Positions 29,874 through 40,207 of a stretch of DNA of 64,000 bases are shown here, in pieces. The position numbers were made by a program, and so were the translations under genes. The DNA is taken from positions 4,874 to 68,873 of the forward strand of contig JACYMD010000048.1 in the NCBI GenBank assembly GCA_015272215.1, written 5' to 3'. How positions within the stretch are numbered: position 1 is the stretch's first letter; each line of letters starts with the position of its first letter. This stretch comes from Rivularia sp. T60_A2020_040 (GTDB taxonomy: Bacteria > Cyanobacteriota > Cyanobacteriia > Cyanobacteriales > Nostocaceae). The notes beneath the pieces are model-generated. The model was given only the letters and a program-made list of their open reading frames with translations. It ran no database searches and was not told the DNA's origin.

Positions 29874-32294
29874 TTATCTAGTTTTGGAATCAGTGCTGTT
29901 ACCCGTTGGGGGTAATGTTGTTTTATCTCTGATACTACCAGGACTGCTGGGGTTTTGCGAGTCCTCAACAGGTGGTGAAGTTGAAGTATCTTCAATTTTG
30001 GGAGCTGAACTATCTGCTGTAGAACACTCATCTCGTGCAGTCTTTGGCTCGGCAATTGCGACATTTGACGTTGTAAGCTGGGAACTTTTGAGCCATAATT
30101 GTTCGCCCGGTTTGGGTAAGGTTGTATTAGCAGCAGTAGTTACTGTTGGAGTGGGTGAAACTGTTGGCTCCCCCTTTGCATCTCCAACTGAGCATACCTT
30201 AATCTCTAGCCAATAGTCTTGTGATGATGGAATCTGCTCTTTTTGCACGACCTGTAATAAACTAGCTGGTGGTGCAGGAATTGGTATTGGCGATGGGGAA
30301 GCTGTACTCTCCTCGGCAGGCAGTGTCTTACTTCTACTCAGAGTAATTTCTGTTTTCGTATTGATTAACCAACCTCGACCGATTTTATCGAGTCTTGGGG
30401 AATTATCTTCAATGGAAGTTTGGGAACTGTTGGGGTTTCTGGTATTTGTTGCTGCTACTGGTGTGGAGTCAACATTTTTGCCTAATAATGATTGCCTCCA
30501 AAAGTATCCTAATGCACTACCCACTATCGTTAGTAAAGCAATTATTCCCAACATTAGGGGTAATTTAGAAACTTGAGGCGCAACTTTTTTGGTAATTACT
30601 TGGGTTTTCTGGTTGGGAAGATTTTGTGTTGCTGGAGCTATACGGGAAGAATCAACTGCCGGAATTAACGAAACATCCGCAAGACTTGCTTCTAATGGTG
30701 ACTTTGGCTCGGAATATTTAGTTTGGCAATGCATCAAGGCAATAGTCACATTGTCATGACCATTTTGATTGTTAGCAATCTCTAACATTTGCTTAGTAAC
30801 GCTAACTACATCACCCTTGTTGTTGAGTAATGGCAAAATTTCCGTTTCCCAGTATTGTTCGATACGGTCAAAATCACTTAAGCCGTCGGAACATAGTAAA
30901 AACACACAATCTTCATCGAGGATAAATCGCTGTGCTGTTGGATGTAAAGCACTACTTGCATTCATTCCCAATGCTTGGACTAATGAACCAGAAGCAGCTT
31001 GCTGTACAGCATCGCGATAAACTGCGTAGCCCAATCGTACTTCGCGGGAAGCCACATCATCGTCAAGAGTTATTTGATGGCAGTTATTGCGGGTAATTAA
31101 GTAAGCGCGACTGTCTCCGACATGAGTAATATACATGGAATGGGCAACTGGTAATCCGATGACTACAGTGGTTCCCATACGTTGTCGTCCTTGACGATTT
31201 TCGCTGTCGTTACGCTGGCTAATTTTATCGTTAGCAGCAGCAGCAGCCCGTTCTAAGTCCGTAAGTAGGGCAGCCGAATTAATATGATCTCCTGGTAAAT
31301 TTGCTAGTTCCCCTACCTGCTGTTGAATCGTCTCAATCGCTAAATTAGAAGCTACATTGCCTCCTTCATGTCCGCCGATACCATCACAAACAATAGTTAA
31401 AGCCGACTTTGATGGTGGTTTGGAGATAGTAGTACCGCTTTGGGGGTAACAAGCATCTTCATTGCGTTGGCGACTAGTTCCTTTATCAGTCACCGTAAAC
31501 ACTTTGATGGTAGAATCGTGGGATTGACTTAATGATGTTAATCCCCGGTCTAAAACACCAACTAACTGTTCGCTCGAATGTATTTTCCCTTCAATTAACA
31601 AACCACAAACTTCGCCCAGAAAATTGCCAATCGCAGGTTGTGCTTGGGCAAGTAACTGTTGTTGCCAAAACTCTCCTAAAGCTGATAAGGCTGGTGTACT
31701 TTCACCATCAGAACTTAATTCTAATAACCTGACTATTGAACCTTCTACCCGAATCAAATTTTTTGCCAGTAAGCTAGAACCAACACCAAAACTTACCAAA
31801 GGTTGCCATAATTGGGCTATTTGCCACAGCCAATTAAGTTGTCGTAGGGACGTTGCATTTTTCCAAGCATCTGTGAATTTACCACACAATTTTACTTTGA
31901 TCGGCGATTCACTCAAAATAACCGGGGGTTTCTCTAAAAGTAATATTTGTGTAGAGGTGTTACCGACATTTAAAGTCAACAGTCCGTAAACTTGAGGAAT
32001 GTGTAAGCGATAGGGAATTAATCTCAGATAAGATTTAATTTCATCTAACTTTTGTTGTTCGGGTATTTCTGGCAGAATCCCTGGTTTGGTATCTAATAAA
32101 ACATTCTCTTCAATAATTAAGTAACGCTCTTGTAACAATTCCCCAGAATTACCCAAAACCGAATTATCCGCCACAGCCCAGAGATAACGTTTGGGCAGAG
32201 GTGTGGAGCATTGCTGGCAAAACTTGTGGGTAAGGGGGTTAGCAGCTTGACAAAGTTCATTTGGACAGTAGAGCGTTGCCGCGTCATTTTCCAT
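29874..32294 (-). CDS. prpJ: Membrane-anchored PP2C Ser/Thr phosphatase with N-terminal Zn-ribbon domain (PrpJ-like)
   Basis: CPNELC...CQQC; PP2C motifs RNEDA, VCDGIGGH, MGTT, VGDSR, LLCSDGL, GHDNVT; TM LGIIALLTIVGSALGYFW. The symbol rests on architecture and recalled Nostoc synteny with ndhM/asr1734. Confidence 0.7.
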   Translation of the reverse strand: MENDAATLYCPNELCQAANPLTHKFCQQCSTPLPKRYLWAVADNSVLGNSGELLQERYLIIEENVLLDTKPGILPEIPEQQKLDEIKSYLRLIPYRLHIPQVYGLLTLNVGNTSTQILLLEKPPVILSESPIKVKLCGKFTDAWKNATSLRQLNWLWQIAQLWQPLVSFGVGSSLLAKNLIRVEGSIVRLLELSSDGESTPALSALGEFWQQQLLAQAQPAIGNFLGEVCGLLIEGKIHSSEQLVGVLDRGLTSLSQSHDSTIKVFTVTDKGTSRQRNEDACYPQSGTTISKPPSKSALTIVCDGIGGHEGGNVASNLAIETIQQQVGELANLPGDHINSAALLTDLERAAAAANDKISQRNDSENRQGRQRMGTTVVIGLPVAHSMYITHVGDSRAYLITRNNCHQITLDDDVASREVRLGYAVYRDAVQQAASGSLVQALGMNASSALHPTAQRFILDEDCVFLLCSDGLSDFDRIEQYWETEILPLLNNKGDVVSVTKQMLEIANNQNGHDNVTIALMHCQTKYSEPKSPLEASLADVSLIPAVDSSRIAPATQNLPNQKTQVITKKVAPQVSKLPLMLGIIALLTIVGSALGYFWRQSLLGKNVDSTPVAATNTRNPNSSQTSIEDNSPRLDKIGRGWLINTKTEITLSRSKTLPAEESTASPSPIPIPAPPASLLQVVQKEQIPSSQDYWLEIKVCSVGDAKGEPTVSPTPTVTTAANTTLPKPGEQLWLKSSQLTTSNVAIAEPKTARDECSTADSSAPKIEDTSTSPPVEDSQNPSSPGSIRDKTTLPPTGNSTDSKTR

Positions 32295-33014
32295 AGTTTC
32301 CCACCGAGAAGGCGATTGGCAAGTTATTGTTTATTCATAGAGAATGGCTATATGACCATTCGCGTTTACATAAAAGGATATATTACATTTTGACCGGAGA
32401 ATGCCCATCAGCTTACTGTCTGCCGTTGTACGGCGGTGTACCGCTGACTAGCAACTTAGAACACACACGAGAGTAAATAGTATAGCAATTGATCAATTTC
32501 GCCCTTTTAATTAGCCATGATCAGCCTTTTAAAGAAAGTATATAAAAAATTACCAACTCTCGCATGATGTTCATACCATTTTGTAGGCAAACATTCTCTG
32601 AGAAAGAATCTTGCCATACACTTTATTGAATATTATTTCTTAATTATTTATTTGTTTTCTACATATATTTCTACTTTACAAATCATTAGACATTAAAAAA
32701 AAATAAATATTTATATTTTTTTAGTTATCTAATACATTGTCCGAACAATTAGTTCGTGCCTCATTTACTAGCTTAGAAGCTTTGCTCCCCAAAGTGAGGT
32801 TTTGTTTAAATAGTTTAACTTTATACAACTTTAATAATGTACTTCTGCCAATAAAGATAAATTCCAGTGTAACTTTCCGCCGATGCCTTATCATCACAAA
32901 GCATTCGGCAGAAAGGATGATCAACTATACAAAAATTATCTCGGAGCAACCCTTAGATTTTAAGGACTTAAGCATTAATTAAAATTTGTGTACAGTCTCA
33001 GTAAACAAGCAATT

Positions 33015-33371
33015 CTAATTATTTTCATCCGCTGCGAGTCGAGGAAGTCCCATACTGTAATTGCTGACTCGTCCGGAGATATTGTAGCTAATTGAGCCTT
33101 GTTGTAGAAGCGAACGCACCAAATGCTCTAAATCCGAGCCAATACGACGTAAATTATAATCAGTTAAGTCCGCACCGCTGTTAGCTTCGACTAATTCATC
33201 AAATTTACGATACACAGCCTGTAGACTATCCTCACTCCAAGTGAATTCGTTATCTGGGTCAACATCTAAAGTTAACACCTGATTGCTAGGAATTAATTCA
33301 CCATCTTCAACTTCTGCCGCAAAAATACGGATATGGCGAGTTGTTGATTTGAGCAGCATCTGCTTATCCAT
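33015..33371 (-). CDS. ndhM: NAD(P)H-quinone oxidoreductase subunit M
   Basis: [41 protein letters not shown]. Confidence 0.94.
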   Translation of the reverse strand: MDKQMLLKSTTRHIRIFAAEVEDGELIPSNQVLTLDVDPDNEFTWSEDSLQAVYRKFDELVEANSGADLTDYNLRRIGSDLEHLVRSLLQQGSISYNISGRVSNYSMGLPRLAADENN

Positions 33372-33542
33372 AGGAGCTTTTTTTAATAAAGGTTAAGTAA
33401 CACTGCAATTATTGTAGACTCTAAATTCTTGCTTGAAACTTCAAATACGATCGCAGATTGTTCAGTCAACAAACCCGCTACCATCATAGACTTTAACGTC
33501 CGTCCAAATATGGGTTGAATTCCCCACCGCTCAAAGGTGTAA

Positions 33543-33577
33543 GAATTGCGTTGGGGTTTAAATCCCCATTGCAATTC
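33543..33577. repeat. Strong palindrome/hairpin (14-bp stem, 7-nt loop)
   Basis: GAATTGCGTTGGGG-TTTAAAT-CCCCATTGCAATTC; possible terminator or REP-like element upstream of ndhM. Confidence 0.6.
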
Positions 33578-34338
33578 CAAACTTCTTCCCTCTTCCCTCT
33601 TCCCTCTTCCCTCTTTTTAATCCAAATAGCAAATAAACGCCGATGATTGTTTTAATTCCATTGGTTTAAAAGGACTGGAGTTTTGATTAATTGGGGAACC
33701 AGGAATTTAACATCAAAGTCACTCTGGTAAGCTTGAATCGCCGCTTATTGTAAAGGGATTACAATTACTTAGCCCTCTTATTCATCAAAAATAATTTAGG
33801 AGTGGTGTTAATTGATGCTCCTTTACTAAAATTACCCTCAAAATTTTTGGTCTGAATGGTCAATTGTGTTTTTTTGATGAATAAAACATACATATAGTAG
33901 TTTCACGGAATTGCTAAACAACAACATTAGGCTATAGTCTAATCAAATGATTTCAGCGTTTTTACTTACGTAGTATTACTATTATTTTAGTTAAAAGTAA
34001 AACTGTTATTGACGTGGAGATAAGTTTGATGTAAAAACCTTTAAAAAGCTCTCGCAAGTTCTTACAGAAACTTCATTGTATAGAAGTTTAAAAACTGAAT
34101 AATAGTTTATGGTTTGTTAGAACTGTAAGGAGCGCATGAACATCAAAATTATAGACAATCAAAGTCTACTTAAAAACCACCAACCGGAGAGTGAAATGCA
34201 ACACAAATAAAAATGGATAATTTTTCTTCTTGCTCCCGTCAGACACTACTTTCGATTTCAAACAAAATATAAAGAACTTTTGCTTGAGATAAAACTCCTC
34301 AACCCTTATGAACAACGAGTAAAGGAATCGTAACAACT

Positions 34339-34620
34339 ATGAACTCGAAAGCATTACCACGCCAAATAAACAACGTCGAAGTAGGTGTTTATGAGTGCGA
34401 AATCAATCTCAAATTTCGACTGATTGAAGAAAAGAGTTTACTGAGCGATCGCGAACAACTCTTACAAGTACTGCTAGAAGCACTAACTGAAGGCTCCGAC
34501 GACTTTCTAGAGATATTGCAGCAGGCTGTTAAACTTCATGAGACAACTGAGTTGAAAGCTTCACCGCAAATGCGACGACAGTTAATGCGGTTGCGTAACT
34601 CGAACGAAATGAATCAATAG
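34339..34620 (+). CDS. asr1734: Asr1734/Npun_R1517-family heterocyst differentiation regulator
   Basis: MNSKALPRQINNVEVGVYECEINLKFRLIEEKSLLSDREQLLQVLL...ASPQMRRQLMRLRN closely matches the recalled family sequence. Confidence 0.85.
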   Translation: MNSKALPRQINNVEVGVYECEINLKFRLIEEKSLLSDREQLLQVLLEALTEGSDDFLEILQQAVKLHETTELKASPQMRRQLMRLRNSNEMNQ

Positions 34621-35590
34621 CTAACATTGCTGTACACAGTAGCGGTAAATTGTGTAGCTAAGAAAGAGAGAAGTTTTGGTAAATGTTTAAGTTTAAATTC
34701 GGAACTTAATTTTTTCCCACAACAAACTAACTCGTATCACTCAAGGCTACTGTTTGTTGTTAACCTGGGTTGTGCCGAATCATTCTCCTGCTTCGTCTAC
34801 CCGGCATCTACTTTGTTTGTTACGGGGTTGCGTCTACAAGTAACCTCAATGTTGGTGAAAGTAATGTATGGAAGTAATTGGGTGCCTACTAATCATCATT
34901 CTCGTCTTGCTTCAAGGCAGGGTTACAATCTACGAAGAATATTGACATACCAGGGAAGAAGATATTTAATCGGCGTTGCACGAAAAACTGTAGTATTCGT
35001 ACCCTCCTTTAAGAAGGAATAAAATCAGATAGGCAATTCCAGCATACGTTACCTCGAAAAGCATCTCGTAATTTTTGCTCTTTTTTTCATGGCATCAAGA
35101 TAATAGTTCCCCAATTAAGCTTACCTAGAGTTGAAATAGAAGTAGTGCATGGGATGAGTCAGCATGAGTAAACTTTCATCCCATACATACTTTGATTTAT
35201 CGACTAGATGACTTTATTTTGTTTAGATACACGTAGGAAAGATTTTTTCTACCGGATACGTTTTAAATTCTCGGTATAAATCATCTTGCCCTTATAGTTA
35301 ACTACTTAATGATTACCTATCTTTTCATACCTGTAAATACGGTAAATTACTTAAATTAAATTCAGGTTAATTCAAGCAAATCCTTTTAAAATCAAATACA
35401 GGGATTTAAGTTCAATAATATAAAGGTTAAAAATTTATCTCTTGACACAGGAAAAGGAAAAACAAGCAGAAAAAAACTGAAAGTTACATTTACTGCTTGA
35501 TTCATTAAGTAACTAGCCCAGCAAAATTATTTATTGTTCACTTATACAGCCCTTCCCTATTCCCTATTCCCTATTCCCAAATTGATTTGA

Positions 35591-36286
35591 TTAATTAGCT
35601 AAACCATGTTCTAAAGCAAACCGCACTAACTCAGTACGGCTATTAGTCCCGGTTTTACTAAACAAACGACTAACATATTTTTCGACATTGCGAACACTTG
35701 TCTCTAAGCGTCTAGCAATTTCTTTATTCATTAATCCTTCAGCAACCAGATTTAAAACACTTTGTTCTCTGGGAGTCAAGTCAATATTGAAAGGTGCGCT
35801 TGATTGAATAATGCCAGTTTTTTGAGTCAGCAGCGCCTTGATTTGGGCTATCTGAGAAGCTAGTTCGGCTAAGTCTGGCGTTTCTCCTTCCTCCCCACTA
35901 GAACTTGTTTTGGCAATGCGACGAGCAAGCAAATTCTCTACTATTGCCACTAACTCATCTGGATCGAAAGGTTTGGGTAAATAAGCATCAACACCAGCTT
36001 GATAACCTTGAATGCGATCGCCAGTCATCCCTTTTGCAGTCAAAAATATCACTGGTAATGTTTTAAACCGAGTATCATCTCGGAGTTGCTTGAGAAATTG
36101 ATACCCATCCACTTGAGGCATCATAATATCGGAGATTACCAAATCTGGTGTATTTTGTTGCATCCATTCCCAAGCATCACGAGCGTTACTGGCAACCTGA
36201 ACTTTGAAATTACTCGCTTCTAAGTAATCTTTCACGGCTTCGCGCAATCCGGGTTCATCATCTACCAGTAACAGTTGTGGTGTCAT
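35591..36286 (-). CDS. ycf29: NarL/LuxR-family response regulator (Ycf29/Rre1-like)
   Basis: REC motifs LLVDDE, DLVISDIMMP, FLTAK, YLPKPF. LuxR HTH LTPREQSVL...GLMNKEIARRL...VEKYVSRLFSK. Confidence 0.78.
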   Translation of the reverse strand: MTPQLLLVDDEPGLREAVKDYLEASNFKVQVASNARDAWEWMQQNTPDLVISDIMMPQVDGYQFLKQLRDDTRFKTLPVIFLTAKGMTGDRIQGYQAGVDAYLPKPFDPDELVAIVENLLARRIAKTSSSGEEGETPDLAELASQIAQIKALLTQKTGIIQSSAPFNIDLTPREQSVLNLVAEGLMNKEIARRLETSVRNVEKYVSRLFSKTGTNSRTELVRFALEHGLAN

Positions 36287-36411
36287 CTCGATTGTCCTGT
36301 ATTGTACTTTTCTCAATTTAGCGAAATTTGGTAACAGTTGATAGTTGTTAGTTGATGGTTGATGGTTGTTGGTTGTTGGTTAATGGTTGTTGGTTGATAA
36401 CTGATAACTGT

Positions 36412-37380
36412 TCACAACCATTCAATTTTCTTGGCTTGAGCAGGTAATTGCGCTTGCTGCTGCCCTAAGTAACGCGCTCTGGCGGTGAATAAACCAATTG
36501 GTGTGTTTACTAAGTCTACAAGGCTAGCTTTACCAAATAATGCTTTTAAACTGTTTTTGGGTACTTCTTTAACTAACCAACGCGCTAAGCCATAGTAACA
36601 TTCATTAAGTGTGATCTCTCTCATCAATTCTACGCCGTGTAGCTCATGGAGATAGCTGTTTGAACGCCCATAACGTCGCCATTGACTCTTAAGTTCTTTT
36701 AATGTGGTTCGATGACGGTGCTGCACGATTGCTGAGGGCGCAAATTCTAAACTTCCTATCTCAAGCTGCAAAATTCGCCAACATATATCAGCATCGCCTC
36801 CAGTTGTTAAGTAAGGACGGAATAATCCTGCTTTTTCTAGCGCTAACCGACGAATTGCTAAATTTGCAGTTTGTCCGTAGGCACAAAATTTATTTCCTAA
36901 TGTATGTTTTTGTGATAAAGTTTCCTGTCGGTCTGCGTATTTTTCTAATAAGCTGTTACCAGGTAAGGCTGTAATTTCACCAGCGACAATTAGCACATTT
37001 GGATTGACAAAAGGCTGGATTAATGCATCTAACCACTGTGGTTGAGGGCGGCAATCAGCGTCAGTAAAGGCGATAATTTCCCCTAGGGCTTCACGAATCC
37101 CTGTGTTGCGTGCAGCGTAAGAACTTTGGATATTGTTTTCACTCAAAGCCCGAATTTTAATTGGGCAATTTTCTAACTGGCGTTTTAATAATTCAGATGT
37201 ACCATCGCTACTGTTATTGTCTACCAATAAATACTCTACCCGTTGTTTTGGATAAGTTTGAGCGCCGAGACAATTAATTAACTCTGGTATATCTGTCGTA
37301 CCGTTATAAATAGGAATGACTACCGATACCTGCGGTTTAAAACTATTGGTAGCGCTTGTGTTTAATGGCTCTTTGTTCAT
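36412..37380 (-). CDS. Glycosyltransferase family 2
   Basis: VSVVIPIYN, LVDNNSSD, SSYAARNTG, AFTDADC, GGDADICWR. Confidence 0.88.
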   Translation of the reverse strand: MNKEPLNTSATNSFKPQVSVVIPIYNGTTDIPELINCLGAQTYPKQRVEYLLVDNNSSDGTSELLKRQLENCPIKIRALSENNIQSSYAARNTGIREALGEIIAFTDADCRPQPQWLDALIQPFVNPNVLIVAGEITALPGNSLLEKYADRQETLSQKHTLGNKFCAYGQTANLAIRRLALEKAGLFRPYLTTGGDADICWRILQLEIGSLEFAPSAIVQHRHRTTLKELKSQWRRYGRSNSYLHELHGVELMREITLNECYYGLARWLVKEVPKNSLKALFGKASLVDLVNTPIGLFTARARYLGQQQAQLPAQAKKIEWL

Positions 37381-37440
37381 GAATTGGAGATTTTTAAATA
37401 GGAATTATTACTGAGAAATTAAGGACGGGGTATAAATTGC

Positions 37441-37543
37441 TAAGCTAAAAAGCAGCTAAATTATATATTTGGGCGGGCAGGGATGCCCACTCCACAAGAA
37501 TTAGAATAATTTAGGTTATATAATTTAAATGCACAACAGCTTA
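37441..37543. mobile_element. Candidate MITE-like element (103 bp, degenerate 27-bp TIRs, internal GC-rich hairpin)
   Basis: TAAGCTAAAAAGCAGCTAAATTATATA versus reverse complement of right end TAAGCTGTTGTGCATTTAAATTATATA (20/27); interior GGGCGGGCAGGGATGCCCACTCC. Confidence 0.45.
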
Positions 37544-37775
37544 ATATCATGTCTAGTTAAACACTCGTAATCAAGTTGGTTCGGGAACAATTACCCATTG
37601 CCAATTACCAATTACCAATGGACATGATATAAATCTCTAATTTCAAGTATTCCCAATTAAAAAACCATTATCTATGAATTATTTCCATAAATCGAAAAAA
37701 TTAGCATTGGTAGTGGAATGAACCACCACTAATGCTGGTAAAATTAATAATTGATAGAAATAGGGAATAAATTAT

Positions 37776-39104
37776 TTAAGGCTTGGGTAACACCACAGAT
37801 TTGCGAGAAAGTTGATTCTGCTCCCCAGATGCAAAATAGTTGTTTGATAAAATCGACAGCGCACGCGCATAATGAGGATCTTGATTTGTTCCCAACAATT
37901 TAGGATCGGAAGCAAGTTGACGTTCCTGCGATGCTGTTAAATCCATTTGTATATCGGGTGTAATTCCCTTTTTATTGATATCAGTTCCTTTAGGAGTATA
38001 GTAATGAGCAATCGTAATTGCTACACCAGAACCATCTGCTAGTTGATGGACTGATTGTACTAATGCTTTGCCAAAAGTTTTAGAACCGACTACTGTTGCT
38101 CGCTTGTTATCTTTTAGTGCGCCTGTAAGAATTTCACTGGCACTAGCTGAATTGCCATCTACTAAGACTACTAGGGGAAGATTTGTCAAAGCTGTACTGT
38201 TGGCTTTGGTCAATTCGCTGCCACCTTTACGGTCTTCTGTACGAACAATATCACCTTTATCAAGCCACATCCGAGCAATCTCAATGCTTGCATTTAACAA
38301 ACCACCTGGGTTTCCTCGCAAGTCTAGCACGAAGCCATCAACGTTACTCGCGTTCAATTTACGGATTGCACGCTGCATTTGCTCTGCTGCATGAGCGCTA
38401 AATTCACGCAAACGAATATAACCAACTTGACGATTACCTTCTTTTCTAAGGGTATACATCACGGTTGGTACTTCAATAGTCGATCGCGTCAACTTCACGT
38501 CAAATGCTCTTTGAGTAGGTCTTCCTAAGCGCAAATTGATCGATGTACCCACCTTACCCCGAATTAACTCCGAGGCATCCTCTATTTTCATATTTTTGGT
38601 GGTTTTTCCGTCAATAGCCAAAATCACATCACCTGCTTTGATACCCGCTTTTAATGCCGGAGAGTTTTCTAAAGCCTCTACAACTGTTAAAAGCTGGGTT
38701 TGTTGATTAATTTCCATCCGAATACCAATCCCGGAAACTTCCCCAGATGTCTGAGAAGTCAGAGTTTGATAATCTTGGGGATCCATAAAACGAGTGTATG
38801 GATCATTCAATTTTTTCAAAGTTTGGCGAATTGCACTATAAGCTTGCTCGCGAGTAGTATAGTTATTTTTTAACAAAGTCTTTCTGGTAGCTATCCAGTC
38901 TTGGTTGTTAAATGAGCCATCCACATATTCACGATTTACTAATTGCCATACTTGGTCAACAATGGCTTTAGGGCTATCCTGTAGAGCAGCTTGAACGGAA
39001 CGACACCAAACTGGACCAAATACAGACACTGCCGCTGTGGTGGCTATTGCTCCACTCATCAAAGCCGATTGCAGCGGTGAGTAACGTTTCGCTGATTGTT
39101 TCAT
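37776..39104 (-). CDS. ctpB: Carboxyl-terminal processing protease (S41, PDZ)
   Basis: DPYTRFM, PDZ GIGIRM, LDLRGNPGG, SASASEI, TFGKALVQ. The paralog assignment (ctpB) is less certain than the family. Confidence 0.8.
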   Translation of the reverse strand: MKQSAKRYSPLQSALMSGAIATTAAVSVFGPVWCRSVQAALQDSPKAIVDQVWQLVNREYVDGSFNNQDWIATRKTLLKNNYTTREQAYSAIRQTLKKLNDPYTRFMDPQDYQTLTSQTSGEVSGIGIRMEINQQTQLLTVVEALENSPALKAGIKAGDVILAIDGKTTKNMKIEDASELIRGKVGTSINLRLGRPTQRAFDVKLTRSTIEVPTVMYTLRKEGNRQVGYIRLREFSAHAAEQMQRAIRKLNASNVDGFVLDLRGNPGGLLNASIEIARMWLDKGDIVRTEDRKGGSELTKANSTALTNLPLVVLVDGNSASASEILTGALKDNKRATVVGSKTFGKALVQSVHQLADGSGVAITIAHYYTPKGTDINKKGITPDIQMDLTASQERQLASDPKLLGTNQDPHYARALSILSNNYFASGEQNQLSRKSVVLPKP

Positions 39105-39425
39105 TTATGTTTGCACGAATGATTGTGTTTTTGACGGTTTAGCAATCAGATAATCCTGAAACTGATAAGTTTTGCCATGAGGAATCTGACTTTTTGAGGC
39201 TTATTCTGGAAATTTTTCTTAAAACACGCTTGTTAGCTCTCAACGCCGGTTTTTTAACTTAGTCAATTTCCTCCGCAAGCTTAATTCATTCCTATGCCAC
39301 TTTCATCAGTGTCATACTAGCACTGAATTTTACCTTGTTTAATAGAGAGTATCACTTAGCTATATAAGTTACATTAACTATGGCATTTACCAAAACTACA
39401 ACAAACTATTTTATTCGGGTTTACT

Positions 39426-40133
39426 ATGAATCGTAAAGTAAAAAATCACCGATTTTCTCAAATTAGAAGACAATTTAAAAAATGGTGGCGTTTTTTACAA
39501 AGATTTACGATTGTTATTAGCCTGTTAGTTACTATTTGGTTGTTTTTTACTAGTATAACTATATTTTTTGCCTCTTCCAAGCCTGTAGATGCCTTTTTCG
39601 TTTTGGGTGGTAGCATCAAACGAGAGATATATGTTGCTCAATTGGCAGAAAAATATCCGCAAATCCCCATTTTAATTTCTAGTGGTTCTCTCGATCCTTG
39701 TATTTGGCTGATTTTTCAACGGCAAGCTGCACCTATGGATAATGTTTGGTTAGAAAAATGTGCTGACTCTACTTTTGATAATTTTTACTATAGTATTCCA
39801 ATTTTGCAGAATTGGGGTGTGCATAAGGTGAAGTTAATTACTTCTATGACACATTTACCAAGAGCTAAATGGATAGCACAAATACTTTTAGGAGTTCATG
39901 GAATGTGGGTAGAACCTGACATAATTCAAGAACAAGGTATTCCAGGAAATCGCGAACATTGGTTGAAAACTGGTTTAGATGTTAGCCGTAGCTTAGTTTG
40001 GGCAGGATTAAGTCAAGTCATCAAACCCCAATGTTCTCATGTCATACAGTTAAGTAAAGTTAATTTACAAGAATGGCAAAGTCGTGGTTTTAAATGCGAA
40101 CGTCAAGGGAATTTGAAAGTTACAGTATTTTAG
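39426..40133 (+). CDS. YdcF/DUF218-family protein
   Basis: N-terminal TM, FVLGGS, ISSGS, LEKCADSTFDN, LITSMTHLPRA. Confidence 0.8.
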   Translation: MNRKVKNHRFSQIRRQFKKWWRFLQRFTIVISLLVTIWLFFTSITIFFASSKPVDAFFVLGGSIKREIYVAQLAEKYPQIPILISSGSLDPCIWLIFQRQAAPMDNVWLEKCADSTFDNFYYSIPILQNWGVHKVKLITSMTHLPRAKWIAQILLGVHGMWVEPDIIQEQGIPGNREHWLKTGLDVSRSLVWAGLSQVIKPQCSHVIQLSKVNLQEWQSRGFKCERQGNLKVTVF

Positions 40134-40207
40134 ATTTTAGATTTTGGATTTTGGATTTTGGATTTTGGATTGAGAGTTAGGAGTTACTACTACCGGAGTT
40201 TGGAGTA

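Noticed and set aside
29884-30216. Shadow ORFs in the track (e.g. 588-788, 4107-4499, 9248-9598, 12153-12515, 29884-30216, 38068-38394, 45981-46340, 48741-49079)
   Set aside because: They are antisense or out-of-frame overlaps of well-supported genes and have no motifs.
32721-32982. Two overlapping small ORFs between prpJ and ndhM
   Set aside because: No motifs, mutually antisense, in AT-rich intergenic DNA.
34183-34188. DIF1-like heterocyst promoter motif ACCGGA upstream of asr1734 (also TCCGGT on the minus strand at 32393-32398 upstream of prpJ)
   Set aside because: One-mismatch hexamers with no correctly spaced downstream -10-like element that I could identify; not supportable without TSS data.
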